This document shows positions 62,755 through 64,000 of a DNA stretch of 64,000 bases, in pieces. The position numbers were made by a program, and so were the translations under genes. Source of the DNA: a virus (taxonomy: Duplodnaviria > Heunggongvirae > Uroviricota > Caudoviricetes). The notes under the pieces were generated by a model. It saw nothing but the letters and a program-made list of their open reading frames with translations, was not told where the DNA came from and did not search any database. Positions within the stretch are counted from its first letter, which is position 1. The number at the start of each line of letters is the position of its first letter. Where the stretch lies: the IMG/VR virus record IMGVR_UViG_3300017565_000001, positions 141,741 to 205,740 of that record. One strand, given 5' to 3'.

Positions 62755-62916
62755 GAATTCCTCCTAGGAGGTACCACCCTGGAGGTGGGCTTTACGGTTG
62801 CCAAAGAGTGTTTGAGCGGAGCCTGTAGTTCAAACAACGACAACCGTACAGTAAGGAGCAGGAAGCGGTAACCAGGGATTGGTTAATTCTGATCCCTCGG
62901 TCCCACGGATTTCAAC

Positions 62917-62992
62917 ACCTGGTTAGCTCAGCGGTAGCAGCGGCGTCTTGATAAGGCGTAGGTCATTGGTTCGATCCCAATACCAGGTACCA
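62917..62992 (+). tRNA. tRNA-Ile(GAT)
   Basis: cloverleaf, CCA. Confidence 0.9.
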
Positions 62993-62998
62993 AGTTTA

Positions 62999-63105
62999 GG
63001 GTCATCCAGGAGGCGAGGTTGGGTTCGATTCCCAAACAATCTTAAGTGATTGTTGCTGGACGCCGCCGACGGGCACGATGAGTTCGATTCTCATGTGATC
63101 CACCA
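62999..63105 (+). ncRNA. tRNA-like RNA with two T-arms
   Basis: GGGTCAT/GTGATCC A CCA; TTGGG-TTCGATT-CCCAA and ATGAG-TTCGATT-CTCAT. Confidence 0.7.
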
Positions 63106-63300
63106 CCAATTAACCCCTTAAATGGGCACTCGCCGAACGTGGTAGGCGTATCTGGGGCTATTACGTAAATGCAGCCAGTAGCTAAGTAAAAACGACTCTT
63201 CCCAATTATCAGATTAAATTGGACCAATTCAATTTTTTCCTTGTGAGAGTGGCCGAAGCGATACTAGTTTGAGCCCAGTCCGAACTTCTCACAAGGTTTT

Positions 63301-63372
63301 CCCCCGGCCTGCGGACAGGCTTCGACGCTACGAACGTTGATTGCGGTGGTTCGAATCCACCTCGGGGGTCCA
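63301..63372 (+). tRNA. tRNA-Arg(ACG) with minimal CGGA-tetraloop D-arm
   Basis: CCTG-CGGA-CAGG; CGACG-CTACGAA-CGTTG; CCA. Confidence 0.8.
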
Positions 63373-63380
63373 AGTTTTAT

Positions 63381-63452
63381 GGGGAATGTACCGGAGTACA
63401 CACTAGGCTGGCAGTCTGGTTTTGATGGGTTCGACACCCATATTCTCCACCA
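63381..63452 (+). tRNA. tRNA-Ala(GGC) with minimal CGGA-tetraloop D-arm
   Basis: G3:U70, GTAC-CGGA-GTAC, CCA. Confidence 0.85.
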
Positions 63453-63564
63453 ATTTTGCTTGATTTCTGAGCCAAATCAGTTTATTATTTGGCTCCTGTA
63501 GTGTTGCCATATTGCAGGATTGTTCTTCAGTCAGGACAGTTGATCATTGGTTATTGACAACTGA

Positions 63565-63969
63565 TTGGAGAATAAAATGATGTATTGGCAAAATGATGCA
63601 GACGCCTTGAACAAGGGTGTAGGAAAGATTGTGTCGGAGGTGCAAATCTCTGATGAAGACGCTACCTTGAAGTTTGAGGATGGGTCTTCCATCTACCTGT
63701 ACCATGATCAAGACTGCTGTGAATCGGTATATATTGAGTCTGTTGTTGGTGATGTCGCTGACCTCGTTGGTGAAATCCTAATGGTGGCCGAAGTTGTTGA
63801 CGGGGAAACCCCAAATGATTTCGAGTTTCAATACGAACCTGAAAGCTTTACTTGGACGTTTTACAAGTTTCGTTCCCGTAAGGGTGAAATCGTAATCCGT
63901 TTCCTGGGTGAGTCCAACGGATATTACTCAGAATCGGTAACGGTACAATTCTCGGACGGCGTTCATTAA
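63565..63969 (+). CDS. conserved phage hypothetical protein
   Basis: LYHDQDCCESVYIE ... TWTFYKF ... GESNGYYSE motif. Confidence 0.75.
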   Translation: MENKMMYWQNDADALNKGVGKIVSEVQISDEDATLKFEDGSSIYLYHDQDCCESVYIESVVGDVADLVGEILMVAEVVDGETPNDFEFQYEPESFTWTFYKFRSRKGEIVIRFLGESNGYYSESVTVQFSDGVH

Positions 63970-64000
63970 AGCACCTTGACGTGGTGCCATGTTTTCAATA

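Noticed and set aside
63110-63295. Theta/HDV-like ribozyme or degenerate tRNA after the double-T-arm RNA
   Set aside because: Hairpins exist (CCTTGTGAGA/TCTCACAAGG) but the nested double pseudoknot or cloverleaf could not be built.
1-64000. Stop-codon reassignment
   Set aside because: Genes are full length and tightly packed in code 11, and no CTA, TTA or TCA suppressor tRNA was found.

Overview
This window is 64 kb of a large lytic myophage-type (jumbo, T4-like) genome. Evidence: dense short + strand ORFs, sigma70-like early promoters, T4-like late TAAATA boxes in front of virion genes, tail/fibre genes (15.8-25.7 kb, 36.2-39.0 kb, 41-42.6 kb), about 35 tRNA or tRNA-like genes, and anti-defence/auxiliary enzymes (NAMPT plus NMNAT-Nudix NAD salvage, 2H phosphoesterase, RelA/SpoT-type HD hydrolase, ArgC, GNAT, histidine phosphatase). 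The most striking structure is regulatory. Each of the two large tRNA arrays (30.4-32.3 kb and 61.4-63.5 kb) is preceded by a short leader ORF, an antiterminator helix and an intrinsic terminator, the layout of a classic ribosome-stalling attenuator. The codon content of each leader mirrors the tRNA species of its own array: Ser-TCG/Tyr/Glu/Gly/Cys versus Pro/Asn/Val/Gln/His/Phe/Lys/Asp/Leu/Ser-AGY/Arg/Ile/Ala. I infer that the phage senses depletion of specific host tRNAs and switches on the matching replacement array. The arrays also contain a complete hammerhead ribozyme, 8/4 allo-tRNA-like species, tRNA-like RNAs with remodelled arms, and a tRNA-Ile with a ~118-nt D-loop insertion. Elsewhere there is a family of ACAGCAA-scaffold RNAs carrying anticodon loops, a GOLLD-like giant ncRNA, and a repeated GATAGAC-loop hairpin upstream of the NAD genes. 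All calls are from reading the sequence; no searches or folding programs were run.
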